In this document: positions 35,527-48,241 of the stretch, in pieces | Layout: each line of letters begins with the position of its first letter | Position numbering within the stretch: position 1 is the stretch's first letter | NCBI RefSeq assembly: GCF_028641065.1 | Contig: NC_073402.1 | Span: 21,576,001-21,640,000, forward strand | Direction: 5' to 3' | Origin: Leucoraja erinacea | Lineage: Eukaryota | Length of the DNA: 64,000 nt | Translations under genes and position numbers: made by a program | Notes under the pieces: model-generated | The model's input: only the letters and a program-made list of their open reading frames with translations | The model's database searches: none | What the model was told of the DNA's origin: nothing

Positions 35527-35818
35527 AGTTTAGTTTAGTTTAGAGATACAGCGTGGAAACTGCTCTTCAGCCCCCCGAAGATCCACGCTCACTAACACTA
35601 TCCTACACACTAGTGACAATTTACAATTTCTACCAAGCCAATTAGCCTACAAGCTTATATGTCTTTGGAGCGTGGATGGAAACCGGAGCACCCAGAGAAA
35701 ACCTACGCAGGTCATAGGGAGAACATACAACCTCTATAGAAACAGCACCCATAATCAAGATCAAACCTGGATCTCTGGTGCTGTAAGGCAGCAACTCTAC
35801 TGCTGCGCCACCACGCCT
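35527..35818 (-). mobile_element. V-SINE (HE1-like)
   Basis: SINE consensus with (TAAAC)n tail. Confidence 0.82.
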
Positions 35819-36309
35819 CACATTTTGTGGGTATATCCCCAATGTCCTGACTATTTATTCTTCAACTAACAAAAACATTGTTTGGCTACTAGTAGTCAGT
35901 GCAGTCTTACCATTTGTAACTTAGCTGTCATGTACACAAAGCTTAGCAAAGATGAAACTTCTAACATGTTTCTAGGCTGTAAAGCACTTTAGGACATCCT
36001 GGACTTCAGTTTCACTAGCTTCTAACTTCCAGTTTATTCTAGTGAATGAACTCAAATATTGTGCTTGCACTTGCACTATTTTTTCTGTTTATCAGTCGAA
36101 GACTGCATATGATAACTATTGCATATGAAAACTATTATTGCCTGATGGTGTAATCTACAAGGAAACCATTCTGAACTTTATAACAATTTGAAATTGGACA
36201 AGATGAATCCAGCTCTTTCAAACCCTAGAGACAGTACGGCAGCAATCCAAATGTCCTCTCCCCAAACTATATCAGATTACCAACTGTATACTGATAACTT
36301 GCTGAAGAT

Positions 36310-36942
36310 GTGTTCCCAAGGTGGTAGTTATGTGGAACAAGCTGCCAGATGAAATAATTGCAACTAGTCTTAAAAGCCATTTGGGCAGGTACATGGATAG
36401 GAAAGATTTAAGACTGAATACAGTCAGTTGATAGTTACCATGGGTATGTATTGTGGTTAATGTTTAGTCACACTTATAATCTGAGTATAAAATTATAAGA
36501 GATATAGATAGGGTAGAAAGTCAGAACCTTTTTCCAAGAACTGAAAAATCAAATACTTGAGGGCATAGCTTTAAGGTGAGAGCGGTAACATTTAAAGTGG
36601 ATGTGTGTGGCAGAGTTTTTTTACATGGAGAATGGTGAATGCCTGGAAGGCACTGTCAGGGGTGGTTGAGGCAGATACGGTAGTGGCATTTAAGAGACTT
36701 TTGGATAGGTATATGGATATACGAGGGATATGGATTGTGTGCAGACAGGTAGCAGTTTAGTTTAGTTTATTGTCACATGTACCGAGATACAGTGAAAAGC
36801 TTTTGTTGCTTTTGTTGCATGCTAACCAGCCATAGGAAAGACAATACATGATTATACATGAGAATACACGAGTTGGTTTTGGCATCATGTTCATTGTGGG
36901 CCAAAGGGCCTGTTCTTGTGCTGTACTGTTCTATGTTCTATG
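36310..36942 (+). mobile_element. Old CR1 LINE fragments
   Basis: YKIIRDIDRV..NLFP..RGHSFKVR-like remnants and CR1 3' end. Confidence 0.65.
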
Positions 36943-38981
36943 AGTTGTAGCAAAGCCCCTAGCCCAGTGGAGGTTGGTTCTACACTGGCCTAACCTTCTT
37001 TAGGACTCTGTAACTTCATCACCAGACCAAACATCAAGATCAGAACTAAGGTCAAGTCTCCGATGAAGAATCATTTTCATCTTTGTGTGCCATTTATTTA
37101 ATCGACAAGCTCTCCTTGAATAGACACAGTGCTGGAGTAACTCAGCGGGTTAGGCAGCATCCCTGGACAAAAATGATAGTTTACGTTTTGGGTCTCCTTA
37201 AAGACTGAGTACGTTCAATTTAATTGGAATTTGTTTATCTATTATCATAGACACGGATAATAACCGAGGTGGAGACATGGATAGAGAGAAGCAAACAAAA
37301 CCCAAAATGCTGGTAATTTGAAATAAAATAAAATAAATAGAATATGTTGGGAATTCTCCATTCTCCACTGTGATGCTACTAGTACTGCTGAGTGTTTCCA
37401 GCGTTTCTGTTTCCATTGGATACATTGGTCAGTCATTGAATTCATCACTTGAATATTTTTTATTTCAAAATTGTGTTCTGCTTTTTCAATTGATTTAAAT
37501 GAAATTCTCTTTTTAATGGTGGTTAACATCTACCATACTCCAAATAAACTATATTATTAAAGGTACAAATAAGGTTTTTAGGTGGTGATTTATGATAACA
37601 ATGTGACCCATATCAACTTCTCTCTAGCTCTCGGGCTCAGCACAGTCCTTCCATAATTCTCTGTTTCTGGTGTTTCTGTAATTAAAAAAATGTATTTTCC
37701 TCTGTGGCCGTTTCTTTGACTCGTTTCTCTTCCAAACACTCGTGTTTCATGATGTCAGACGATAAACTAAAACCACAATGCAATGATGTGAACTAAAATA
37801 AAGTGAAATCAGATTGACCATTGTCAAAATATCTCTAGCATGTGGCAATTGTGCACGAGTTCATACCACACACTATTAGTCATTGAGGCATCAGATTAAC
37901 GTACCATCCTCACAGTCAATTCACAATTTCCATGATTTACAAGCAAATCTTTTCTCCCAAAATACAGTTGTTGCATTAACAGAGCATATTGTTTTTACAA
38001 TGGGCCATATATTTGATCCTGAATGGTAAATTTGTTAATTCTGCATTTCTTTCTAATCTTCTTAATGTTCCCAAATTGAAAACAAATCATGCTATTTGAT
38101 TTAAAGAAAGAATCAAGTCAAGAGTGTTAATTGTCATACGTGCTGAGCAGAATAATGGAATTGTGACTTGCAGCAGCATAATTGGGCTGTAAGTCTGACC
38201 ATTTCTGTTTTAAATCCAATCAATGGCTGGACCTCTATGTAGACCCTTCTGAGGTAGGGAGACCACAGATTCTATAATCTCAAAGTGTGGAAATCTCTCA
38301 ACATCTCAGTCCGAATGACCTACCCGCTATTTTGAAATATGGCCACCAGTTCCACACCGCTTAGCCAAGGGAAATATCCTTTCTGTCCAACCCTTTTTGG
38401 AACATTTCAATGAAGTCATCTCACTTTCTTCCAAACTCCAGAGAATGGACATCCACAATGCACTCTCTGTAAAACAAGTTTATCTTTTTTTTTAATTAAC
38501 TTAAACAATTTTTTTTCATTGTACTCAAATCCTCCTGCATTAAAATTCAAGATGTATTTTACCTTTTTCGTATCCTGCTGCACCTGATTGTTATCTTTCA
38601 GGATGTAATAGGAAGGAACTGCACATGCTGTATTAAACCGGAGATAGACACAAAAAGCTAGAGTAACACGGTGGGCCAGACTCTGGAGAAAAGGAATAGG
38701 TGACATTTCGGGTCGAGACCGAAGAGATGCTGTCTGACCCATAGTGTTATCTTTCAGGGCTGTGTGTACTGTGTCATCCAAGTCCCATTGAACATAGCAC
38801 TTCCCATTTTCCTACCATTTAAAAAAAAAAGTGCTCATCTTTCGGTCCACTCCAGCATAGTGCATGACCTTGCATCTTTTTCGCAGTGTTCTCTATGTGA
38901 CACATAGTTGCTCAGTCATTAAGCCTGTCCATATCTCCCTGAACCCTCCTTGCACCACCCATTTCGGGTGGTATAGTGGCG

Positions 38982-39296
38982 AGGGCGGCACAGTGGTGCA
39001 GCTGGTAGAGCTGCTGCCTCACAGCGCCAGAGACCCCGGTTCAATCCTGAGCCTGGGCGCTGTCTGTGTGGAGTTTGCACGTTTTCCCTGTGGCCAGGTG
39101 GGTTTCCTCAGCATGCTCCAGTTGCGTGGGTTTGTAGGTTAATTGGCCTCTGTAAATTGTGCTCAGTGTACAGTAGGGGAGGCATGATAAAGTGAAATAA
39201 CACAGAGTAGTGTGAATGAGTAAATCAGAGGGGTCTCTGACTTACTCTAAACTGAGGGGCCTACTTCCATGCTGTATCTTTAAAACTTTAAACTAA
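38982..39296 (+). mobile_element. V-SINE (diverged subfamily)
   Basis: tRNA head GGCACAGTGGTGCAGCTGGTAGAGCTGCTGCC plus V-domain. Confidence 0.78.
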
Positions 39297-39903
39297 AGCA
39301 CCTTCATCACTACTCACATTTCCACATTTGGCAAACTTTAAATTATTACTTTGCCCCCCCCCCCCCAAGCCAAATTATTACTTTGGATTGTGAATAGTAG
39401 GGACTGAACACCTATCCCTGTGGTTATCACCCAACTCCTACTCCCACCCTCACCTCCACTCCCAGCCATAGCCTACCAACTTGAGAAGAACCTATAGTCA
39501 TCTCAGTGCACTGTTGTTCAGTATCAATTTGTTCAGTGTAACAAATTCTAGGTCAGACTAAAACACAAGATTCTGCTGGACCATGTTAAATGTAATTGTT
39601 CTGAGCGCTTCAAAATTAGCAACGTAATGTAATGTCATCAACTCATACAAGGGCTTTACTCTGATATTCTGAATACAATGCTAACAGGCAAGACAGCTAT
39701 CTAGTGCATTACCATTGTAATATGCAGTGTGTGGTGGGCCTATTGTTTGTACATGGGAGAGTGGTGCACGTATGTATTGGATAATTGTATTTATTGTATA
39801 TGGCAAAATTATGACAAATTTTCAGGAGAATATATTGTGATCTAAATCAGCTGTAATATAATTACACATATAATCTTGTATTGTTTTTCCCTTGACCGGT
39901 TAG

Positions 39904-40602
39904 TCTTGGTTCTTGGTTTCTTGGTCCTCCAAAATATTCCAAATGGGATTTAAACTGGAGGTGGTGGAGGGAGGACTTAAGCCAGAAAGGGTTATTGGGA
40001 AGAAAGAGCTACTTTAAATTTAGTTGCATCTGGTTGGGTAACTATAGTTGGGTGGAGATTATTCCATGCTTTAATTGTGCGGGGGGAGAACGAATTGTTG
40101 TACACATCTGTTGTAGCTGGGATCACAAATTGGATCGAATGACCTCGTCTGCTCCTAATTGGTTTGGGTTTGGGTTTGATGTGGGTCTTGTAATCTATGT
40201 CGAGCTGACCATTTAACATTTTGTAAAAACACTGAGCTTCACGCCTGTCTTGGAGAGGGTTCCACCCCAGAGATTTCAGAAGTTTGGTGACACTCGCTTC
40301 TCTCTCAAAGGACGACAGATAGCACAATGGGCTAAGAGTTCGGCTGGCGACCGGAGGGTAGCCGGTTCAAATCCCGCTTGGAGTGCATACTGTCGTTGTG
40401 TCCTTGGGCAAGACACTTCACCCACCTTTGCCTGTAATGGAATGTTACGGCGGCAGGCGCGGGCACACCGCGACGCCCTGTGTCTCCCTTTCAAGGGAGA
40501 TGCTAAAAATGCATTTCGTTGTCTCTGTACTGTACACTGACAATGACAATAAATTGAATCATTTCATTTTTTTTTTTAGATGTTAGTAACAAATCGAGCT
40601 CA
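39904..40602 (-). mobile_element. CR1-group (Crack/Daphne-like) LINE 3' fragment, interrupted by a SINE
   Basis: ARFVTNI (40580-40602) continues as EREASVTKLLKSLGWNPLQDRR..FYKM..YNNSFSPRTIKAWNNL..FK (40309-39992); (CCAAGAA)n tail. Confidence 0.75.
40310..40577 (+). mobile_element. tRNA-derived CORE-like SINE with Rex1-type 3' tail
   Basis: A box TAGCACAATGG, B box GGTTCAAATCC, CORE-like GTGTCCTTGGGCAAGACACTT, tail nearly identical to the Rex1 end at 32110-32190. Confidence 0.8.
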
Positions 40603-40806
40603 CAACAAAAGCTTTGCACTGTATTTCAGTACACGTGACAATAAACTACACTAAACTAATTGATGCTCTACTTTAAGTGGCATTTGTTGAGACAGCAATG
40701 TCAACACTCACCTTCTTAACAACACCTTGTGAATTTAGGGTGACCGAGTATTGTTCCTGAAACTTGTTTGCTTGGCACCAGAATCAATTTACCCGAGTTC
40801 GGCCAT

Positions 40807-40902
40807 GTCTGAAGAAGGGTCTCGACCCGAAACGGCAGCCATTCCCTCCCTTCAGAGATGCTGCCTGTCCCGCTGAATTACTCCAGCTTTTTGTGTCTAT
40901 CT
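40807..40902 (+). mobile_element. Penelope-derived mini-element
   Basis: Consensus starting GTCTGAAGAAGGGTCTCGACCCGAAACG. Confidence 0.75.
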
Positions 40903-41871
40903 CCTGGAAGAAAATGAATGACCTAATAACATTCAAGACAGGAAGGCTCTTCCTACAGGTGCAAGCAGATGACATCTAATCATGTTGCAGTTCAGATGAG
41001 GATAAACTCCACCATTCGTGGAATTTGGAAACGTGTTGACAATTTAAAATGCTCAAAAAATGGATACAATAGATATACTTGTTCTTTAAAATATGCATTG
41101 AAATGGTGATACCATTGTAATGTTATGTAGAATATACAACACATTAAATCAAGCATAATGCACGGTTATCAATGTTGCATTTTATTTTGATCTCTTGGCG
41201 AAGGATCGTAATCTAGAAGCGTAAATTTTCAGGAGAATATATTGTGAACTAAGTCAACTATAATATAATTATATTCAGGAACAGAATGTGTGAACAGAAA
41301 TGTGGAATCACTGCCAGAGATTACCTCTGAAACATTTTGGATGAAACAAAGGGATCAGTCTGAATGTTTGCCATTTACTTTGCTTATCTTCTCCCAAGGT
41401 CTACAACTAAAGTATATGTTTTCCCTGTAAAATAATTTCTAGTAAATACAATGTAACAACTCCCAACGTATCTTTACATCCAATATTTAGAAATTGCTAC
41501 GTTTGTTTGGTTCTGCTTGTCCAACTTTTTGCCTCTTAACAAAGGGCCTATTCACAATGCTATCTTGCCTTTATCTATTTTTCTTCACTGTCTGTCTTAA
41601 TTAGTCTTCCTCCATTTCTTGTTTTTCAATTATTCCATAGATCTCAGATATTAACACTCAGTTTTTAAATCAGTGGAACCACTGTTGCTGATAGGCAGTG
41701 GTACAACTTACCCCATGATTTCACACCAGCTAACGGCAACATAAAAGATTCCCATTTCTGATGTAAAAGGAGGACACAGTTGACACCAAACACAAAATAA
41801 ACTTGCCCGATTCACAAACGCTACATTGTAACAGATATAAGTCACAGTGTCTCTCATTCAATTAGTTCTTA

Positions 41872-42120
41872 AGGCCCTGTCCCACTGTACGAGGTAATTC
41901 ACGAATTCTCCCGAGTTTTCCCCTGATTCGAACGTTCCCCTGATTCGAACACAAATGTTCGTAATGAGTCCGTAGGGGTTTGTGGATGTTTCGTGGCAGC
42001 TCGTTATGCTAACCGTAGGTACTCGGGGCATCAGGTAAGTCGGGACGTTTTTTCATCCCGATGAAAAATGTCCATGAGTGAAAAAATAGTCAGGATGACC
42101 CGTACAATGGGACAGGCCCT
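41872..42120. mobile_element. PIF/Harbinger-like MITE
   Basis: Ends AGGCCCTGTCCCACTGTACG ... CGTACAATGGGACAGGCCCT; interior related to 48665-48996. Confidence 0.75.
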
Positions 42121-42457
42121 TAGTTACTCTGGGTGTCACCAATATTTACCTGCCTTGGGTCCATATCACTTAATGTACTTGCCGAACAAAATATCAGCAA
42201 TTACAATTTAGAAACATTCAAATGTCTTTTGCCCCCATGCACTAGTCTTGTGTGACTTTAAACATGGGCAAGTAAATCACTCTCTTTCTCCAGACTTGTA
42301 CCAAATCAATATATCTGCTCTTCATCGTCTTCTGTGAGACTGGAACACTTCTTGAACTCAATAAAATGATCAGCAACCAGTAGTTTTGGTTTAAGTTCTA
42401 GTTTTAGAGATACAGCATGGAAATAAGCCCCTCAGCCCACTGTCCATGCCGATTATC

Positions 42458-42549
42458 TGAAGAAGTGTCTCGACCCGAAACGTCACCTATTCCTTCGCTC
42501 CATAGATGCTGCCTCACCCGCTGAGTTTCTCCAGCATTTTTGTCTACCT
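42458..42549 (+). mobile_element. 92-bp Penelope-derived unit inserted in a V-SINE remnant
   Basis: 12-bp TSD ATGCCGATTATC at 42446-42457 / 42550-42561. Confidence 0.82.
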
Positions 42550-43339
42550 ATGCCGATTATCGATCACCCGAGGTCAGGATCAAATCCAGATGCTGTGCCG
42601 CTTGTAGTTTGTGTAATATATTGAGTTTATCTAGCATTGTATTTTACACTTAACAAGCAACATTTGACAATTAGTTCACAACTCTGGTCTGCTCTAGTTC
42701 CAGTCTTCAATGAAGTGCAGTGACCTGTGTGAAACTTTCCTTATCATTCAATCTGATAACAAAGACCACTCAGGGCATAGCTTGTAGGATGCAAAACTGG
42801 TCTAATTAAATTCCATATCTTTATTGGTTGATAATGCCAATCTTTGGTGAGCACGCTGATCAGTATCCCATCACAACTTGGTCATCACTTACCGTAATCT
42901 CCATCACATAAATAATTCTTTCTCCAGATATCATGAACAGTGCTGATATCTCCATCAGACATCTTGGGTTTGGTCTTACATATCGTAAATCTTTCATCAT
43001 AGTTGGTCCGTCAAGATGGAGAACCACTCAGTTCAACTCCAGTCCGTTGGCTCAGAGATGACTGACAAGGCCAATGTGCAACCTGCAGTCTCTGCATTCG
43101 GTAGAACAGGAGGTGGTAGATGGGGTAGGTGTATGAGTACTTCATTGCACATGCACTCCTTTGTGGATCAATGGTGGGGATATTAACCTGAGAGAGGACA
43201 CTGACATTGGTTTGCTTATCATCCCAGTGGATTGAAGGAGCTCACAAAGGCGATGTTAATGTCATCTTTCAAGTGCCTTGAAGTGCCACTTAATTAATTC
43301 CATTGCACAATACTGCCCGCCAACAATAAACGTTTTCTG

Positions 43340-43575
43340 TGAGACCCAGGAAAATGTGCAACACTTCCTATATCTTGTGACCCTCCTCTCGGCGAAAGCA
43401 AACATCAGTGATGAGATCCATCGCTGCCCTCAGTGCACCAGCTCAACCTTTGGTTGATTGAAGAAAAGAATGTTTTAAGATCAAAACATCAGACGGGGCA
43501 CTAATCTCATTATCCATTGGACAGCAATGATTCCTAGTTTCCGAATATGCTTCTGAGTCTTGGACTACTTAGTCA
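43340..43575 (+). mobile_element. RTE-clade LINE RT fragment
   Basis: Degenerate FLYL..LS.KANISDEIHR..C.SSTFG.LKKR.F.DQNI. Confidence 0.55.
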
Positions 43576-43679
43576 GAGTGAAAACAGTAACGGGCCTGTT
43601 TCCACACTGTATGGCTCTCAAGGAACTGAAAAGTTACCATCAATAGATCTAATTCCTCGATCTATCTCATCAAGTCTCG

Positions 43680-44583
43680 GGCAGCTGCAGGGCCTTCAGC
43701 GGCACACTCCACCGACTCCTCGATCCAGGCAAGTTGATCCACGAACATGCCGTCCCTCACCTCACAAAACAGGGCTTGCTGTCTCTGCTTTCGGGGGAAT
43801 GCGACTTTTTTGTCGTATCCCCCTTCTCTGCCTCCATCTGCGCTGAGGCCTAATGGCGGAGCTGGCGACCTCGAGGCTCCGGAGGCAGAGCCTGTCAGGA
43901 CTCACCCTGAGCTCGCTCCCGTGAGGGCGGCCCAGCTCGGGGCTGGAACGGTGCTCCCGTGAGGGGCTGTGACGCTCCCGTGAGGGCGCTGTGACGCTCC
44001 CGTGAGGGCGGCCTGGCGAGGGGCTGAGACACTCCCGTGTGGGCGGCCCAGCCCGAGGGTAACGGCGCTCCCGTCGGGGCGGCCTGGCGCGGGGCTGAGA
44101 CGCTCACGTGAGGGCGACACGGCTTGGGGCTGGTACGATGCTCCGGTGGCTGAGACGCCGTGGAACGGTGCTCCGGTGGCTGAGACGGCGTTCTGCCTGA
44201 GTCCGGGGTTTAGCTGCGGGCCAGTGGACGATGTCGTCAACAGCCGCGTCCGCTGGACTGGAGGGCGGCAGCTTCGACCACCCTGGGCTACGGTGTTTGA
44301 ACCGGCCTGTTCGCGGAGCTCGGTGAGCCGCGGGACTGATTTACCATCGCCCGGTGGGGTATCGCCTCAGCGGAGAGGGAGGAGGAGGGAAGAGACTGCA
44401 GCCCTAAGATTTTTGCCTCCATCACAGTGAGGAGGTGCTTGGTGGACTCACTGTGGTGGATGTTAATTTGTGTTTACTGTCTGTTCTGTTGTCTATTATT
44501 GTATTATTGTATGTATGACTGCAGGCACGAAATTTCGTTCAGACTGAAAGGTCTGAATGACAATAATGGAAATTCAATTCAAT
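43680..44583 (+). mobile_element. Unclassified CpG-rich non-autonomous retroposon with internal minisatellite (5' boundary uncertain)
   Basis: CTCCCGTGAGGGC-type repeats at 43905-44200; 3' end GAAATTTCGTT-hairpin-AATGACAATAA-(AATTC)n; second partial copy at 34191-34440. Confidence 0.65.
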
Positions 44584-44689
44584 GTATAGAAAACAAGATA
44601 AAGTTTTTCACTGTATCTAGTTCAGGAAACAATAATAAACCAATACCTAAAATCAATCATTCCTAGCTATGTTCTTTCCCCTTTCCAAT

Positions 44690-44978
44690 TTTTCAGAGAT
44701 ACGGCGTGGAAACAGCCCCTTCAGCTCACCACGTCCGCATCGACCAGAGGTCCCCGCAAATTAACACTATCCTACACATACTAGAGACAATTTTTCCATT
44801 TACCAAGCCAATTTACCTACAAACCTGTACGTCTTTGGAATGTGGGAGGAAACCGAAGATCTCGGAGAAAACCTACGCGGTCACGGGGAGAACATACAAA
44901 CCCTGTACAGACAGCACCCGTAGTCAGGATTGAACCCGGGTCTCCTGCGCTGCAAGCGCCGTAAGGCAACAACTCTAA
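44690..44978 (-). mobile_element. V-SINE (HE1-like)
   Basis: SINE consensus. Confidence 0.8.
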
Positions 44979-45419
44979 CATGTGCTGCCTTTTATATTTT
45001 ACATTTATACCAAGCTAATTCGTTAATATTAACTCTACCCCAGCTTCTTTTGCACTTTGCATATGGTTTTAAAAAGTTAAATGTCCTGGAATATTTCATT
45101 CCAAAACCTGGCCACTTTGCAACCACATGTCAGATTGTATCCATTTATTTCTATCTGTGTCATTAATTCACCTACCCTGCCACATACAGGTCCAGATAAA
45201 GGACCTGTCTGTATACCTTCTTTCCCTGCTCACACTCTAATTAGATGTAATTGCTTATGTTTGTGTGAACTTCCCTGCTTGATTGATTCTGGTTATTAAT
45301 TGACATTTTTCAATTTTACCCTAATGCTTAACCTTTCCCATTCACTTTCTAAAAACCCCTCTTGAACAATCCACTTCATCCTTTCCACATCTGTTTAGCT
45401 TAAACCTTATCTACATCTC

Positions 45420-45734
45420 AAGTTTAGTTTATTTTAGTTTAGTTTAGAGATTCAGTGTAGAATGAGGCCCTTCGGCCCACCTAGTCCGCACCGACCTGCG
45501 ATCCCCGCACATTGATACTACCCTACACACACTAGGGACAATTTTACATTTATACCAACCCATTAACCTACCGACCTCTACGTCTTTGGAGTGTGGGAGG
45601 AAACCAAAGATCTCGAAGAAAACCCATGGGGAGGATGTACAAACTCCGTACAGACAAGTGCCCATAGTCAGGATCAAACCCGAATCCCTGACGCTGTAAG
45701 GCATAGCTCTACCACTATGCCACTGTGCCACCCC
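45420..45734 (-). mobile_element. V-SINE (HE1-like), full length
   Basis: SINE consensus from tRNA head to (TAAAC)n tail. Confidence 0.85.
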
Positions 45735-45784
45735 AAGTTATTCGATTCATTTTGACTCTGGTCCAGTCCCATTCTAATGAGGCA

Positions 45785-46272
45785 AAAGATGCCCCAACAG
45801 GATCCCACTAGTGGCCACATCTTCCCGTCTCCACCCCTTTCTGCTTTCCGCAGACCATTCCGTCCGCAACTCCCTGGTCAACTCATCCCTTCCCACCCAA
45901 ACCACCCCCTACCCAGGTATTTTCTCCTGCAACCACAGGAGATGCAACACCTGTCCCTTTACCTCCCCCCTCGACTCCATGCAAAGATCCCGACAGTCTT
46001 TCCAGGGGTGAGGCAGAGGTTCACTTGCACCTCCTCCACCCACACCTACTGTATCCGCTGTTCCACGTTTCAACTCCTGTATATCGGCGAGACCAAGCGC
46101 AGGCTCGGCGATCGTTTCGCTGAACACCTCCGCTCAGTCCGCCTTAACCTATCTGATCTGTCCTGGGCCTCCTCCATTGTCAGAGTGATGCCCAGCGTAA
46201 ATTGGAGGAACAGCACCTCATATTTCGCTTGGGTAGCTTACAACCCAGCGGTATGAACATTGACTTCCCTAA
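45785..46272 (+). mobile_element. Penelope-like element GIY-YIG fragment
   Basis: HIFPSPPLSAFRR, C..RRCNTC zinc motif, YCIRC..LLYIGETKRRLGDRFAEHLRSV; frameshifted. Confidence 0.88.
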
Positions 46273-46594
46273 TGTCACAGCAGTTGATTATTGAATAACA
46301 ATTGAATAACTTCTCAGACTTTGACAGTTCCAGTATCTCATGAGTGGCAACATTTTGACTGCATGAGAATGGAAAGCAGCCTCTTTTGCTCTCACCATAA
46401 ATTATTTACATATTCCTCTGTAAACCAGTCCATCATTCGTGATACGCCTAGAGAAATGTGATGACCAGTTGCATGACCTGAATGTGCCAATTGGAGACTC
46501 TTCCCTTTGTTTGTAAGCTATGCAATGAGTCCGGTGATATATTTAGATTGTAGGCTACGTGCGAAATGTAACATCTGGTGCTTATCATGGAGCT

Positions 46595-46895
46595 TAGTTT
46601 AGTTTAGTTTAGTTTAGAGATGCAGCGTGGAAACGCTGGCCCTGCGGCCCACCGAATGCACGGTCCCCGTAAAATAGCACTATCCTACACACCAGGGCCA
46701 ATTTACAATTTTATCGAAGCCAATTAACCTACAAACCTGCACGTCCTTGGAGTGTGGGGGGAAACTGTAGCACCTGGGAAAAAACCTCACAGGCACAGGG
46801 AGAACCTACAAACTTGGATCAGACAGCAGCCGTGGTCAGGATCGAACCTGGGTCTCTGGCGCTGGAAGGCAGCAACCCTACCACTGTGCCACCGT
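46595..46895 (-). mobile_element. V-SINE (HE1-like)
   Basis: SINE consensus. Confidence 0.8.
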
Positions 46896-47789
46896 TCCTC
46901 CCAGGCCTCACACCATATGGCTTTACATTTCTACCTCCCAGGTTCCGCAGTGTTCTTCAATTTGGGTGGTGCACTTACCTGCACAGACTTGCACCTCCCA
47001 GTAAAACAAAGAGAAACAGCTTTCTAAAATGGGAAAAGCTCAAGGGTGTGAAGGCAGCTGATGTTTACATAATAAATTAGAATCCATGGGTGGTTTTCCA
47101 GGTGAATAAAACCCAATGGAAACCCTGTGTGGGCAAATGTAATAACAAGCCATCCCACTACCAACATGCCACATAGATAACGAACTCTCCTTTAATATTA
47201 AATTAATGTCAAAATTGGTCCTGTAAATAATCACCCACCAATGAAGACAAAATTAAAAATTATTATTGTGGCAGTTGCACATTCTTAACTTCTGAAGGAT
47301 ATCTTGGACTAGGGTGTGCCTTTGCAAAGTGGAAGAGTGAGGATAAACTGCCTATCGTAGCACAAAAAACAAGACAGAATAATAAATCCACATACGCCTT
47401 AGCACCCGAGACATTCTCACAATCCTACATCCAGTCAAAGGACTTATTGTTTGTTCACTATCTAACACCCTGATGTGTATTTTTATTCATTTATTATGAG
47501 ATTGGCTCTTATTGGCAAGTCCAGCATTTATTGTTTGTCTATAATAACCGTTGATTACAGGTCACAGGCCTTGAGCTGTAGCCATCTTTACTGTCAAGCT
47601 ATCTCTGGATTTGTGTTAAAAAGAACATTTCATGATTGCAACCCATCAACAGTCATATAATTGCAATTATAGTTCTACGTATGTTACCAAACACTCTACC
47701 CAATTTCCTCAGGTGCATGTAAAGAGCATACAGATCAAATGCATCATGCACTGATCCAGTAACTCAAACGCCCAATAACAAAGGAGGCT

Positions 47790-48030
47790 GCAGAAAATGG
47801 TGGACTTTTCCTGCTTCATCACAGGTGATGGCCTCCCCACCATCAAAGGGATTTACAGGAAGGGCAGCCTCACGAAGGTGGCTATTATCATCAAAGACCC
47901 ACATCACCCTGGCCACGCTCTCATCTTACTGCTACCATCAGGAAGAAGGTAGAGGAGCCTGAGAACATTAACTCCATGATCAAGATCAACTTCTTCCCAT
48001 CAACTATCAGGCTCTTGAGCCACCCTGCAC
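47790..48030 (+). mobile_element. Rex1/Babar LINE 3' coding fragment
   Basis: LPTIKGIY..IIKDPHHPGHAL..LLPSGRR.RSL. Confidence 0.72.
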
Positions 48031-48081
48031 AACCCTGACCACAACCCTACCTCAATGACAAACTACAATGAACTTCTTATA

Positions 48082-48241
48082 GGTAGACAAAAATGCTGGA
48101 GAAACTTAGCGGGTGAGGCAGCACCTATGGGGAGAAGGAATAGGCGAAGTTTCAGGTCGAGACTCTGAAGGGGTCCACTGGTTTTCTCCAGCATTTTTGG
48201 CAACCTTCGATTTTTCCAGCATCTGCAGTTCTTTCTTAAAC
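48082..48241. mobile_element. Penelope-derived inverted mini-element
   Basis: TSD ATGAACTYCTTATAGG at ~48068 / 48242. Confidence 0.78.

Noticed and set aside
41705-41765. Possible minus-strand exon ending in GG|GTAAGT
   Set aside because: No recognisable coding similarity or partner exons; isolated splice-like signals are expected by chance.
43900-44200. CRISPR-like array or protein-coding repeat ORFs (43895-44430)
   Set aside because: Eukaryotic context, degenerate tandem units without unique spacers, no cas genes; the ORFs are low-complexity products of GC-rich repeats.
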